Translations under genes and position numbers: made by a program
Shown here: positions 9,302 through 18,720 of the stretch, piece by piece
Position numbering within the stretch: position 1 is the stretch's first letter
Layout: each line of letters starts with the position of its first letter
Assembly: GCA_963692865.2 (NCBI GenBank)
Contig: CAXXHI010000004.1
Span: 1 to 40,739 of the forward strand
Source of the DNA: a bacterium
GTDB lineage: Bacteria > UBA8248
Direction: 5' to 3'
Length of the DNA: 40,739 nucleotides
The notes under the pieces: model-generated
Database searches by the model: none
What the model was told of the DNA's origin: nothing
The model's input: the letters and a program-made list of their open reading frames with translations, nothing else

Positions 9302-10204
9302 ATGAAGCTCAAGGGCATCATGGGAGCGCCCACGACGGCGTTCAAACCTGGTGGCGCCGTTGATTACGACACTTTCGCCAGGCAAGTCGATTTTCTGATC
9401 GAACAGGGTTTTCCCTTCATCGCCCATCCCATGCACATCGGCGAGTCCCTGAATCTCAGTGAACATGAGCGCAAGGAGTTGGCTAAACGCCTGGTAGAAG
9501 CGGCTGCGGGCCGCGTTCCCGTATTCGTGAACGTGACCTCTTCGGGACCGGATATTTCCATCGATTTGGCGAGGCACTCCGAGGCAATCGGCGCAACGGG
9601 AATCGTCGTGCTCTCGCCTTATCATTGGGCGCCTGATGACGAAGCCCATCTGGATTATTTCCTCACGATGGGCAAGTGCGTTGATGTCGCGATGATCGCC
9701 TACAACAACCCCAGGCTCCAGGTGACCATCTCCCACGACATGCTGGAAGAGATGCTCGAAAAACTCCCGAACTTACACGCCTTGAAAGACGCCAGCTTCG
9801 ACATGAACTACTTTACGGGCGCGTGCCGCATCGCTTCGGCCGCTCGCGCGGATTTCTCGGTCTTCACCGGAATCGAATGGCTGCTCACGTCGATTCCCGT
9901 CGGCGGCTCGGGGTCGTTCTCCAATTGCGGGGAGGTCGCTCCGAGGATGGTTCTGTCCTTGTATGAGGCCTGCGCCTCGGGAGATTACGACAAAGCGCGC
10001 GCCCTGCAATACAAGATGGACGTGCTCCTGCACTTGTTGCAGGCGAACTACCCCGCAACCGTCAAGTACGCGATGGAACTCATGGGCCGGCCCGTCGGGG
10101 AGACGCGAAAACCCATTCTGCCGCCAGACGATGACGCCAAGGTCCACACGCGAAAGACGCTCGAATCGCTCGGGATTTTCGAGAGCGAGCCGTCAGGCTG
10201 GTAA
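9302..10204 (+). CDS. DHDPS/NAL-family class I aldolase/lyase
   Basis: LKGIMGAPTTAF...VDY, GESLNLS..ER, AYNNP and Schiff-base LKDAS; GGAG RBS. The GTTGE motif is replaced by MHIGE. Confidence 0.88.
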   Translation: MKLKGIMGAPTTAFKPGGAVDYDTFARQVDFLIEQGFPFIAHPMHIGESLNLSEHERKELAKRLVEAAAGRVPVFVNVTSSGPDISIDLARHSEAIGATGIVVLSPYHWAPDDEAHLDYFLTMGKCVDVAMIAYNNPRLQVTISHDMLEEMLEKLPNLHALKDASFDMNYFTGACRIASAARADFSVFTGIEWLLTSIPVGGSGSFSNCGEVAPRMVLSLYEACASGDYDKARALQYKMDVLLHLLQANYPATVKYAMELMGRPVGETRKPILPPDDDAKVHTRKTLESLGIFESEPSGW

Positions 10205-10317
10205 CTCCGGGCGTTCATGTTTCCGCATCATCCCGGTCAAGATCTGATGTGTCGCTCTTTGTTTTCCGGGCGATGCGTCCCCGGTAGTTTCCCGATTCTC
10301 TCCTGAGGAGCCGCATT

Positions 10318-12102
10318 TTGACCCGCATGAATGGTGGCCAGATCATCGTCGATTATCTCGTTCAGGAAGAGGTTCCCTACGTGTTCGGCTTGTGCGGACA
10401 CGGGAACATCAGTTTTCTGGACGCGCTTCATGAGCGCGCAGATGAGATCAAGACACTATCGGTGCGCCACGAGTCGCTCTCGGGCTTCATGGCCGACGCC
10501 TATTACCGGGTGGCGGGCAGGCCGGTGGCGACGTTCACCTCCTGCGGGCCGGGTTCGGCCAACATGCCGATTTCCCTGGCCAACGCCTTTTTCGATTCGG
10601 TCCCCTTCCTGGCCGTGACGGGCAACGTCCCCACCAACCAGTTCAACCGGGGCGCGTTCCAGGAGACCTACCGCCACTACCAGGCGGATTTCCCCTCGAC
10701 CGTGCAGGCCTACTGCAAGCGGGTGTACCAGCCCACGCGGGCGGAGATGGTGCCGCAGTTCACGCGCCAGGCGTGGAAGACGATGATGACGGGCAGACGC
10801 GGCCCCGTCGTGCTCGACGTGCCTTTCGACGTCTTCAAGGAGGAAACCGAGGTCGATATGCCGCAGGCGTCGGAGTGGAACGCGAACGTCTCCTGCCGCT
10901 GCGGGGCGGACCCCGAAGGGGTGAAAAAGGCCGTCCAGATGCTCTCGACCGCCGAGCGGCCCGTTATCCTCGTGGGGCAGGGGGTGAAATACGCGGGCGC
11001 GGCGGCGAAGATGGTCGCGCTCGCCGAGAAGCTGAACATTCCCGTGGCGTGCTCATCGAGCGGGATGGGGGCCATCGACGCGAAGCACCCCCTGGCCTTG
11101 GGACTCATCGCCAGAAACGGGACTTATCCTGCGAACCACGCCGCGCGCCAGGCGGACGTATTGCTCGCGCTCGGCGTTCGCTTCGACGATCGCACCTCGA
11201 GCAGTTGGCTGCCCGGCTATTCGTTCAACATCCCGCCCACCAGGCTGATTCACGTGGATATCGACCCCGAGGAGATCGCGCGGAACTACCCCGTTGCCTT
11301 GGGCCTCATGGCGGACGTGGACGTCTTTCTCGATCAGGTGAGCGAAGCGCTCGGTGCGGCGGACGCGGAAATCCCCCCGGCGCGGGCGGACTGGCTCCGG
11401 GAGATCGACGGCTGGCGAAACGAGTGGGAGGAGTTCACCGCGCCCGGCTACCGGGAGGACACCGAGCCCATCCACCCCCAGCGGGCGGCTTATGAGATCG
11501 ACAAGGCCCTGCCGGATGACGCCATCCTCATCAGCGACGTCGGCGTCCACCACAACTGGCTGCTCCAGTGCTGCCGCCCCAGGGGGCCGCAGTCGCTCAT
11601 CGGCTCGATGGGATTCGGCGCGATGGGCTTCGGCGTGGCGGGGGTGCTGGGGGCCAAGCTGGCCGCGCCGGAGAGGCCCTGCGTGGCGGTGTGCGGAGAC
11701 GGCGCGTTCGCCATGCACCTGAGCGCCGTCATGACGGCGGTGGAATACGACATCCCTGCCGTCTGGGTCGTCTGGAACAACTACGCCTTCGCCTCCATCC
11801 GGGGGCTTCAGCGCGGCTATCTGGGCGGCCGGGAACTCGCCACCGATTTCCAGGAGCACGCCTCCGCCAAGCCCTACAATCCCGATTTCGCCGCCATGGC
11901 CGAATCGGCGGGCCTTGCCGGCGTGCGGGTGGACAGGGCGGCCGATTTGAGCGAGGCCGTGGATGCGGCGGTGAAGGCCGAACGCCCCTATGTGATCGAC
12001 GCGAACATCCAGGGAGAGGAAAACCCCGGCGGCGCCGGCGCCTGGGAGTTGCCCGGCCTGGGGCACGGGGAGCCGGCCATCGGCGAGCGAACCGTTTTGT
12101 AG
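10318..12102 (+). CDS. Thiamine-diphosphate-dependent enzyme (acetolactate synthase/IolD-like superfamily)
   Basis: VRHE, GPGSAN, GPVVLDVP, GAMGFG and ThDP motif GDGAF...NN; N-terminal GHGN as in IolD. GAGGAG RBS before the TTG start. Confidence 0.92.
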   Translation: MTRMNGGQIIVDYLVQEEVPYVFGLCGHGNISFLDALHERADEIKTLSVRHESLSGFMADAYYRVAGRPVATFTSCGPGSANMPISLANAFFDSVPFLAVTGNVPTNQFNRGAFQETYRHYQADFPSTVQAYCKRVYQPTRAEMVPQFTRQAWKTMMTGRRGPVVLDVPFDVFKEETEVDMPQASEWNANVSCRCGADPEGVKKAVQMLSTAERPVILVGQGVKYAGAAAKMVALAEKLNIPVACSSSGMGAIDAKHPLALGLIARNGTYPANHAARQADVLLALGVRFDDRTSSSWLPGYSFNIPPTRLIHVDIDPEEIARNYPVALGLMADVDVFLDQVSEALGAADAEIPPARADWLREIDGWRNEWEEFTAPGYREDTEPIHPQRAAYEIDKALPDDAILISDVGVHHNWLLQCCRPRGPQSLIGSMGFGAMGFGVAGVLGAKLAAPERPCVAVCGDGAFAMHLSAVMTAVEYDIPAVWVVWNNYAFASIRGLQRGYLGGRELATDFQEHASAKPYNPDFAAMAESAGLAGVRVDRAADLSEAVDAAVKAERPYVIDANIQGEENPGGAGAWELPGLGHGEPAIGERTVL

Positions 12103-12373
12103 GGGCGGTGTTGAAGAAGCCCCTACAATCGGGATTATCAACCGTCATTCCGGTGTCGGAGCCGACCAAGACGGGAGGGTTCGACGGAATCCAGAGCGGA
12201 CTCGAATGGAAGATATGCGGAAATACGTCGATCCGTCGCAGGCGGCAGGATTCCACGGACTCCGGTTCTCGCATCGGTTCTGGCCAACCTGTCGGTTGTC
12301 ACCAGCATTCGCCGGAATGACGAGCAAAGGCGAAAACCGGGGGTCGCCTCGGCGGGTCTTTTTCAACAGCCCC
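12102..12373. mobile_element. MITE-like element A with REP-type cargo
   Basis: Left end GGGGCGGTGTTGAAGAA, right end TTTTTCAACAGCCCC; internal GTCATTCCGG...GGAATCCAG and ...CCGGAATGACG hairpins. Confidence 0.65.
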
Positions 12374-12460
12374 GACAAGGGGGTAAAGGTGATGCCCCGG
12401 CGAAGGTGTTTTTGGCCAACATCTATTGGCGGGCGAGGGCACGCGGAAGGAGAGGATTGA

Positions 12461-13081
12461 ATGAGCGAAGAAGCGAGGCTGCGCGCGGCGGCGGACAAGC
12501 TCGAGATGATGGAGGTCGCCATGTTCTCGCACGTCTGCCGGGATACGGGCGACTGGGACGGACTGCTGGATTGCTTTCACCCCGATGCGGACATCACCAC
12601 CTCGTGGTTCATGGGCAACGCGCATGCGTTCATCACCGAATCGCGCGACATGATGGGCAGCCACCACCCCGATGACACCCAGAAACACGTTGCGGGCAAC
12701 GTGCGCGTCCGCGTGAACGGGGAGCGCGGCGTGTGTGAGTATTACCTCACCCTGCACCAGAGGCGGACGATGGACGGCTATGTTTTCGATTTCTCGACCT
12801 GGAGCAGCGTGGTGGATCTGTTCGAGCGCAGGGACGGGCGCTGGCGCGTCGTCAAGCGCACGATGATCTACGAGAAAGACCGCATGGACCCCCACAAGCC
12901 GGGCGAAGTGCCCGAGTCCTACTTCCAGGAGATGGACCTGACGCCGTATCCCAGGGCGCTTCGCTACCACTGCTGGCGCAACGAGAAATTCAGCGGTAGC
13001 CCGCCGTCGGAGAACCTGGTGATGGAAGGGACCGAAAAGGCGCGGGCGATCAGAGAAGAAGCGCGCCGCTGGGTGCCGTGA
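12461..13081 (+). CDS. SnoaL-like / NTF2-family protein (LinA/BaiE-like fold)
   Basis: RD.GDWDGLLDCFHPDA.I, H...N..V.V.GERG and FERRDGRWRVVKR.MIYEKD pattern; GAGGA RBS. Confidence 0.82.
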   Translation: MSEEARLRAAADKLEMMEVAMFSHVCRDTGDWDGLLDCFHPDADITTSWFMGNAHAFITESRDMMGSHHPDDTQKHVAGNVRVRVNGERGVCEYYLTLHQRRTMDGYVFDFSTWSSVVDLFERRDGRWRVVKRTMIYEKDRMDPHKPGEVPESYFQEMDLTPYPRALRYHCWRNEKFSGSPPSENLVMEGTEKARAIREEARRWVP

Positions 13082-13215
13082 GCCGGTATGGACCTTGCCG
13101 CCCTCACGAGCAATCTTTTGCCTGTCGATTCAAGATTCGGTGATTTTCCCGGTGGCGATCCTTGCCGCCTTGACGGCGCATCGCATGACGCCGCCCGGCC
13201 CTTTACTCTGATCCC

Positions 13216-13389
13216 TCAAGAAAAAACGACTCTTTCAATGCTGGACACCCTTTCTTCCAGCGCTTCGATTTTGGCGTCTCTGCCTATATTCTGCTGATAT
13301 ATTTTCTTATGCCGGTGGTTGTTTTCTTCCTGGATTTTGTTGAGTCGTTCGTGAAGTTTATTGAATTCCTGCCTGGTTTCTTCGTCCAT
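13216..13389 (-). CDS. Small (57 aa) charged, probable coiled-coil hypothetical protein
   Basis: MDEETRQEFNKLHERLNKIQEE...DAKIEALEERVSSIERVVFS; GAGGG RBS 8 nt upstream; AT-rich; heptad-like periodicity. Confidence 0.55.
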   Translation of the reverse strand: MDEETRQEFNKLHERLNKIQEENNHRHKKIYQQNIGRDAKIEALEERVSSIERVVFS

Positions 13390-13625
13390 GCCTGAGCCCT
13401 CTTTCGTGTTCTCTTTGCTAACACACCGGCAATCCGTATGCAAATCTGTAAAATTATCCTCGTGAAGCGACAAGCGCAGTTTCCGGAGAGTCGGGTCGCC
13501 TGCTGAATACAAGACCGCTCCCTGCGGGAACGGGCGGGAACCCTCCGCAAGGATTTGCGGGATGCCTTTTACGCCATTTTCTTGTATATAATCCCCCTAA
13601 AATCCCATGCCGGAAAGGAGAACGA

Positions 13626-14771
13626 ATGCGCTTCAAGGTTTACGGCCCGTATGACATTGGGGTCGGTGAAGGCTATTCCAAGTGGATTGATAAACAAGAC
13701 ATCAAGGTTTTTTGGGAAGAAACAGTCTGTTCCGATGATAGTAAATTGCCGGATGCTTGCGGTGTTTACCTGTTTGGCATGGGTGGCGTAAAAGGCAGAA
13801 CGAAAGGAGCGGCCGCACAGACACTGCCTTGGTATGTGGGAAAAGCTGAGAAGCTGACATTCAAAAAAGAATGTTTCAATTTCAAGAACCTTTATTATTA
13901 CAACAGCATCTTGATTAACGAATACGGCGGAGAGGGACGTCCTTTTTTGTACTTGTTGGCGCGAGTTGATCGAGTTGATGATAAGAATGACAGATTTTCT
14001 CCTCCGGCATCGAATCAGGAAGAGTTCTTGGGGGTGAGATTCGTCGAAGAAATGTTTATTCAGCAATCGTTGTCGGCAAATAACGATCTTTTGAATAAAG
14101 CGATGACGAAAATGATTAAGGAAACTTCCATACGGGGTTTTTTGAATACGAGAAATCATCCATCGCCTAGCGTGGACAAACTCAAAGGCGTATTTGGAAT
14201 AAAGCATGAACCCGCTAAAGTAATCGGGCACGAAGAAGTGAAATTTCGATATGACGTACATGGTCCGCATGACATTCCGATGAAGAATCCAAACAAGGTC
14301 AAAAAGAGGGCTATTGACGCAGAACGAATCGAAGAAATGTGGAGAAAATTTGGAAAGACCCGAAACGCTTGTGGCGTATATGTGGTTGGCATGCGGAATA
14401 AAGGCAACACGACTCCTTGGTATGTCGGTATGGCTCATAACAAGAGTTTTGAAGAAAACTGCTTCGAGACACGTCTTGAAAGAGGAAAAGTCATTAAAAG
14501 AAAAGGGCAGCCGGTTATCTTCCTTCTGCCGCGATTTACTAAACAGAAGGGAATTTTTAAGCCGTCGAAACCGATTAAAAATATGCCGGACGTGGATTAC
14601 GTCAAAAACGTATTGCTTGGGTATGGTGTTCAAACCAATAAGGGTATTTTGCTTGAAGATGAAAAAAAAGCGGAGATTTTGCGTGATCTCTACGTCGAGG
14701 GATTTGTGAACCCCCTGCCGGGGCCGCGGAAAGACCCGGTGAAGAAATTAAAATTGCTTCTCGGGCTATAA
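13626..14771 (+). CDS. Hypothetical protein made of two tandem GIY-YIG-like nuclease domains
   Basis: AAGGAG RBS. Internal duplication: V.GP.DI...ACGVY..GM...PWYVG.A...F...CF...G.P...LL.R...GF.N...V.KLK...G occurs twice. AT-rich relative to neighbours. Confidence 0.75.
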   Translation: MRFKVYGPYDIGVGEGYSKWIDKQDIKVFWEETVCSDDSKLPDACGVYLFGMGGVKGRTKGAAAQTLPWYVGKAEKLTFKKECFNFKNLYYYNSILINEYGGEGRPFLYLLARVDRVDDKNDRFSPPASNQEEFLGVRFVEEMFIQQSLSANNDLLNKAMTKMIKETSIRGFLNTRNHPSPSVDKLKGVFGIKHEPAKVIGHEEVKFRYDVHGPHDIPMKNPNKVKKRAIDAERIEEMWRKFGKTRNACGVYVVGMRNKGNTTPWYVGMAHNKSFEENCFETRLERGKVIKRKGQPVIFLLPRFTKQKGIFKPSKPIKNMPDVDYVKNVLLGYGVQTNKGILLEDEKKAEILRDLYVEGFVNPLPGPRKDPVKKLKLLLGL

Positions 14772-14793
14772 CGCCGTCAGCCGCTTTATCCCA

Positions 14794-15948
14794 TCACATC
14801 AACTCCAGATAAATCCGCTTCATGTCCTCAGCATCGGCGGGGACGGGGTTCGTCGCCACTGTGCCACTGGCGGCCGCCTCGTGCGCCATGCGGTCGAGGT
14901 ATTCCATCTCCGCGCCGATGGCCGCGAGCGATTCCGGGATATCGATGTCGTCCGCCAGGGCGCGGACGCGGTCTATGGCGAGTTCCGCATCCAGCGTGTC
15001 GTCCGCTTCCTCCTCAGGGTTCGCCAGAAGCGGGGCCAGCCGGGCGTAGGTATCGCGCATGGCGGGCAGGTTGAAGCGCATCACGGGGGCCAGGAGGATT
15101 CCGTTCGTGGTGCCGTGGTGGCCGCCGAAGAAGTTGAAGACCGGGTGCGTGAGTCCGTGCACGATGCCGAGGCCGGTATTCGTGAAAGAAGCGCCCGCGA
15201 GGCACGCCGCCAGCGCCAGGGGGTCGGCGGCGTCGGGGTCTGAGGGGTCGGCGACGAAGCGCCGCGCGTTCCGGCCGATCAACCCGACCGCCTCGAAGCA
15301 GAGCGCCTGGGTCCAGGGGTTCGCGCGCGGGGAGCCTAGCGATTCCACCGCGTGGGTGAGGGCGTCCATCAGCGCGCCCGCGGCGAAGAATTTGGGCAGC
15401 GTTGCCAGAAGGGAGGAATCCACCACCGCCGCGTCGGCGTAGAGCGCGTCCGAGTGGATGCTCGATTTGGTTCCGCGTTCGATGTCGGTGATGATGGAGG
15501 CGCGCGTCACCTCGCTGCCCGTGCCCGCCGTGGTCGGGGCCGTGATGAAGGGCGGAATGGATTTTTCCACCTTGTCCGCGCCGTAATAGTCGCTAATCTT
15601 CCCGCCGTTCGTTAAGAGCGCCCCCATCGCCTTGGCGGTGTCGATGGCGCTTCCCCCGCCCGCGGCGATGATTCCGCCGCAATCGTTCGCCTCGTAAAAC
15701 GCCTGCGCGCGCGTGATGCTCGGGTCCGACGGATTGGGCTCCACGTCTTCATACAGCCGGTAATCGACGCCCGCCGCATCGAGGCCATCCGTCACGGGAG
15801 CGAGCACGCCCGCGCCCGAAAGGCCGGGGTCCGCGAGCAGCATGGGGCGCGTCATGTTCAGTCTCTTCGCCTCATCCCCGATGGAGGCGGCCTCGCCTCT
15901 GCCGAAGCGCACGCGCGGCACGGCGGACATGCGGAAAGGATCGATCAT
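14794..15948 (-). CDS. Iron-containing alcohol dehydrogenase
   Basis: VEPNP, GGGSAID, PTTAGTGSEVT, and metal ligands in DALTHAVE, HGLTH and HG; AAGGAG RBS. Confidence 0.93.
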   Translation of the reverse strand: MIDPFRMSAVPRVRFGRGEAASIGDEAKRLNMTRPMLLADPGLSGAGVLAPVTDGLDAAGVDYRLYEDVEPNPSDPSITRAQAFYEANDCGGIIAAGGGSAIDTAKAMGALLTNGGKISDYYGADKVEKSIPPFITAPTTAGTGSEVTRASIITDIERGTKSSIHSDALYADAAVVDSSLLATLPKFFAAGALMDALTHAVESLGSPRANPWTQALCFEAVGLIGRNARRFVADPSDPDAADPLALAACLAGASFTNTGLGIVHGLTHPVFNFFGGHHGTTNGILLAPVMRFNLPAMRDTYARLAPLLANPEEEADDTLDAELAIDRVRALADDIDIPESLAAIGAEMEYLDRMAHEAAASGTVATNPVPADAEDMKRIYLELM

Positions 15949-15995
15949 GGCTGCTGTCTCCTTATGGAAATTTTCATCCGGTCCGGCTCTGCGGG

Positions 15996-16361
15996 TCAGA
16001 CCCCCTCCGCTTCGCTTGCGAGCGCTTCTCGCGGCGGCCAGTCTTGGGATCTGTTCTTGAACGAAAGATAGACGAGAACGCCGGGTCCCGGATTTTCGAG
16101 TTCATGCTCCACGCCCAGGGGTATGTGGACCACCTCGCCCGCGCCCAATGTCTTCTCTTCATCCCCGACGCGGAACCGGCCGACGCCATCGAGAACGTGG
16201 ATTATCTGCTCGCAGCCGTGGCTGTGCGGGCGCGTCGCCTTTCCGGGAGGCTGCTCCTGGCGCGTCAGGGTGGTGAACGCGCCCAAGATCATGCTGCCCC
16301 GAGAATCCGTGGTGGAGACGATGCTGCGCTTTTTCATGTCGTCCCAGCGGTAAAAGGGCAT
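15996..16361 (-). CDS. Cupin-domain protein
   Basis: HSHGCEQIIHVLDG...G.VVHIPLGVEHELEN cupin motifs. Confidence 0.88.
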   Translation of the reverse strand: MPFYRWDDMKKRSIVSTTDSRGSMILGAFTTLTRQEQPPGKATRPHSHGCEQIIHVLDGVGRFRVGDEEKTLGAGEVVHIPLGVEHELENPGPGVLVYLSFKNRSQDWPPREALASEAEGV

Positions 16362-16399
16362 GGCGCATATCCCCTCTTTTACGGCGGCCGGCGTACGGC

Positions 16400-17443
16400 C
16401 TAGACCAGTTCGGCGATTTTCGCCTGGAGAAGTTCGTAGTTTGCGCGGCCCATCTCGATTTCGCCGTCGTCTATCATCCGCGCGATCTCGGTCACCGCGT
16501 CGTTGAACGGGGTGGGGATGCCGAGTTCTCTCGCCCGGCGCGAGACGAGTCCGTTGATGTATTCCATCTCGCTCTTCCGGCCCTTGATGTGGTCCTGAAT
16601 CGGCGCGGTGCGCGAACGGGGCCCCACGTGGCCGAGCAGCGTCTTCATGGCCGTCACGAGCACCTGATCGTCCGAACCCGCGAAATCATCCGAGGAGAGG
16701 CCGAACACCGGCTCCACGCCGTAGCCCAGGGCTTCTCCCACCGCCATCGCCTCTTTGCCGAGTCCGACCGAGAGATCGATGACGCCCGGAAGCTCCCTGG
16801 TCTCCGCGTTCTTGAGTCCCAGCAGGCCGAAGGGACCCATCGTCATGCAGTTGGCGATGAGCTTCGTCCACTTGGTGCCCTCGATGTTCGTGCTCAGTTC
16901 GGTGACGGCGACGTGCGCGAAGATGTCGCGAACCTCCTCCGCGCGCGGGGTTACCGAGCCGTCCAGCTCCCCCACGGCGAACCAGGTGCCCTTGCGGGGG
17001 GTGTTCCGCTGGATGAAGCCGGGCGTGAATATCTCCGCCGAAAGCTCCACGCAGCAGCCCACCACGCGCTCGCGCCCGATGACCGACGCGATCATGTCGT
17101 TGTTCATGCTGTTCTGCGCCCCGACGAATACCCCGTCGCTCTTCAAGTAAGGCTTGATGAGTTCGCACATCCAGTGCGTGTCGTAGGATTTGACGATCAG
17201 CAGGACGATATCGAAGGTCGTCCTGAGCGAAGCCAGCTCGCACAGATGGTGCGCGCGCAAGGGCGGCGTTTTGAGGTCGAGATCCGGCATCTGGACGTGT
17301 AAGCCGTCTTTTCGCATTACCTCCACGTGTTCGGGCCATTGGTCGATGACGGTGACGTCGAGGCCTGGGCCTGCGTCGGTCAGGTCGGCGGCCACGCTGC
17401 CGCCGATGGCGCCTGCGCCCAGTACGGCGATCTTCTTGTTCAT
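16400..17443 (-). CDS. Ketopantoate reductase (PanE/ApbA) family oxidoreductase
   Basis: GAGAIG, VKSYDT, QNS, KWTKL..N and QD...GRKSEMEYING motifs. Confidence 0.9.
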   Translation of the reverse strand: MNKKIAVLGAGAIGGSVAADLTDAGPGLDVTVIDQWPEHVEVMRKDGLHVQMPDLDLKTPPLRAHHLCELASLRTTFDIVLLIVKSYDTHWMCELIKPYLKSDGVFVGAQNSMNNDMIASVIGRERVVGCCVELSAEIFTPGFIQRNTPRKGTWFAVGELDGSVTPRAEEVRDIFAHVAVTELSTNIEGTKWTKLIANCMTMGPFGLLGLKNAETRELPGVIDLSVGLGKEAMAVGEALGYGVEPVFGLSSDDFAGSDDQVLVTAMKTLLGHVGPRSRTAPIQDHIKGRKSEMEYINGLVSRRARELGIPTPFNDAVTEIARMIDDGEIEMGRANYELLQAKIAELV

Positions 17444-17514
17444 GCTGCACCTGGCCTTTCGGGGCTTGCGCCCTCAAGAGAATGGGAATCGAGACGAATA
17501 CATGCGTTCGGTGA

Positions 17515-18690
17515 CTAAAAATACTTCATGGCGCGGATGCGCTGCGCCTGGTTGGTGCCCGCCGAGTGGAGGAAGCTGATGACGTCGCGCAGGTATTTCT
17601 CCATCGGCGCGTCTGTCATGTAGCCCGTTCCGCCCCAGACCTCGAGCGCGCGCGTGGCGATGCGAAAACCGGCCTCCGAAGAGTATGCCTTGGCCATGTA
17701 GCCGAGCTTGGGGTCGTAGCCCTCGCGCATCGCCCGCCAGGCGGCGTAGTGGATCATCCGGCGCGAAGCCTCGTACTCGATGAAGCAGTCCGCCAGCATG
17801 AAGCCCACGCCCTGGTGTTCGATGATGGGTTTTCCGCCCTGGATTCTCGTTTTGGCGAATTCGAGCGCGTCTTCGTAGGCGGCGCGGGCGGGTCCCAGGT
17901 TCGTGGCGGCGGATTCGATGACAGAGCCGCGCGAGAAAGGACCGGAGCGGGCCGCCACGCCTCCGCCAACCGGCGTGACGCGGTATTCATCCGAAACGCG
18001 GCAGTTCTCGAAAATGAGTTCCGCGTTCTGGGAGAGCTGCTGGCCCATCTTCTCGTGGATTTTTCCGATGGAAAACCCCGCCATATCCGGCGTCACCATG
18101 AAGTATGTGACGCCCTTGGAGACGCCGACAGTGGGGTCCGTGCGGCAGACGAGCACGTAGAGCCTGGCGATACCCCCGTTGCTGATGTAGTGCTTCTTTC
18201 CATTGATGATCCAGTCCTCACCGTCTCGCACTGCGCTCGTGCGGACGCCGCGGTCGGGGCCTTCTTCGGGGATGAAGTTCTCGGAACCCACCTCCGGCTC
18301 CGTCATCCCGACGGCGAGATGGAAGCGGTGATCCTCCAGAAAAGCGGGCAGGAATTTCGCGCGCTGTTCCTCGTTCCAGACGATGTCCAGGAAATGAATG
18401 ACCTTCCAGGTCTGGTCGAAGGTGACGGCCACGCCCAGATCCCCCCAGCCGATCTCCTCGCCCACGATGCAGAGCGTGAGAATGTCGGCCCCGCCGCCGC
18501 CTTTTTCTTCCGAGATGGAGAGGGTCCTTAAACCCAGCCTGCTCCCGGTCTCGAGAATATCCCAGGGGAATCGCTCGACGGGGTCCGTTATCCGCTCGCG
18601 TTCGTGGGCGTAGGGTTTGAGTTCATCTCTGGCGTAATCGTGCGCCAGCTTTTGCAGTTCGAGCTGTTTTTCGGTGAGGGTGAAATCCAT
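17515..18690 (-). CDS. Acyl-CoA dehydrogenase family protein
   Basis: MTEPEVGS, INGKKHYISNG, KMG, R.QGGKPIIEHQ and VWGGTGYM.D.PMEKYLRD; the C-terminal catalytic Glu is absent (HSAGTNQ). Confidence 0.93.
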   Translation of the reverse strand: MDFTLTEKQLELQKLAHDYARDELKPYAHERERITDPVERFPWDILETGSRLGLRTLSISEEKGGGGADILTLCIVGEEIGWGDLGVAVTFDQTWKVIHFLDIVWNEEQRAKFLPAFLEDHRFHLAVGMTEPEVGSENFIPEEGPDRGVRTSAVRDGEDWIINGKKHYISNGGIARLYVLVCRTDPTVGVSKGVTYFMVTPDMAGFSIGKIHEKMGQQLSQNAELIFENCRVSDEYRVTPVGGGVAARSGPFSRGSVIESAATNLGPARAAYEDALEFAKTRIQGGKPIIEHQGVGFMLADCFIEYEASRRMIHYAAWRAMREGYDPKLGYMAKAYSSEAGFRIATRALEVWGGTGYMTDAPMEKYLRDVISFLHSAGTNQAQRIRAMKYF

Positions 18691-18720
18691 CGTTCGCCTT
18701 GAGGTTAAGAGAAAATTCGT

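Noticed and set aside
13569-14633. 354-aa antisense ORF over the tandem GIY-YIG gene
   Set aside because: It is in exact codon register with the sense gene, which simply avoids TTA/CTA/TCA; no recognisable motifs, so treated as a shadow ORF.
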